From the NCBI GenBank assembly GCA_947478805.1, contig CANJXQ010000008.1:538-64537 (forward strand): a DNA stretch of 64,000 nucleotides, written 5' to 3'. This DNA is from Betaproteobacteria bacterium (GTDB lineage Bacteria; Pseudomonadota; Gammaproteobacteria; Burkholderiales; SG8-39). The notes beneath the pieces are model-generated. The model was not told the DNA's origin and ran no database searches. It worked only from the letters and a program-made list of their open reading frames with translations. How positions within the stretch are numbered: position 1 is the first letter of the stretch; every line of letters starts with the position of its first letter. Below are positions 63,841 to 64,000 of this stretch, in pieces. A program made the translations under genes and the position numbers.

Positions 63841-64000
63841 GCGGCATCGGCACTGCGGTGGGTGAGGCCGAAGAGCCTCGATCCATCGGTACCCGCGTGA
63901 CCCCGGCACCTGCGCGCTAGCGCGTGCAGGCCCAGGCAATCGGTTGGCAGTCCTTCCCGCAGGCCTTCAGCGCAAGTGTTTCAGCCTCGTTGCGCGTGTT

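Overview
GC-rich chromosomal segment whose gene content and order look betaproteobacterial. It is mostly housekeeping: sulfate assimilation (cysH, DUF934, cysI, TauE, cysB), the methyl cycle (metF, ahcY with an SAH riboswitch, metK), two lipid A acyltransferases, dapF-DUF484-xerC, cobW-dksA, hslVU, argB, slmA, uppP, a cyanate ABC transporter with cyanase, glnA-ntrBC, aceB, xth, prlC, a TRAP/SDR cluster, aceEF-lpdA, rpiA, phoU, yggX, argA, rsmE and typA. I found no rRNA, tRNA, CRISPR array or transposase. The most striking signal is two separate small leader ORFs (18712-19047 and 26786-27166). Each has an N-terminal hydrophobic segment, a metal-ligand cluster and a C-terminal RAPP arrest-type motif. 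In both, the bases right after the RAPP codons can pair with the Shine-Dalgarno of the next gene across two internal hairpins. The second leader is a CxxC DUF2946/CruR/CutF-type ORF upstream of a PCuAC copper chaperone. The first is a His-rich variant lacking CxxC that heads a porin + ZnuA-like + ZnuB-like cassette with no ATPase gene, next to a COG0523 GTPase and a single-Cys DksA. It is a candidate ribosome-stalling sensor for a non-copper metal. All calls come from motif recognition and hand pairing; no database search or folding program was run.
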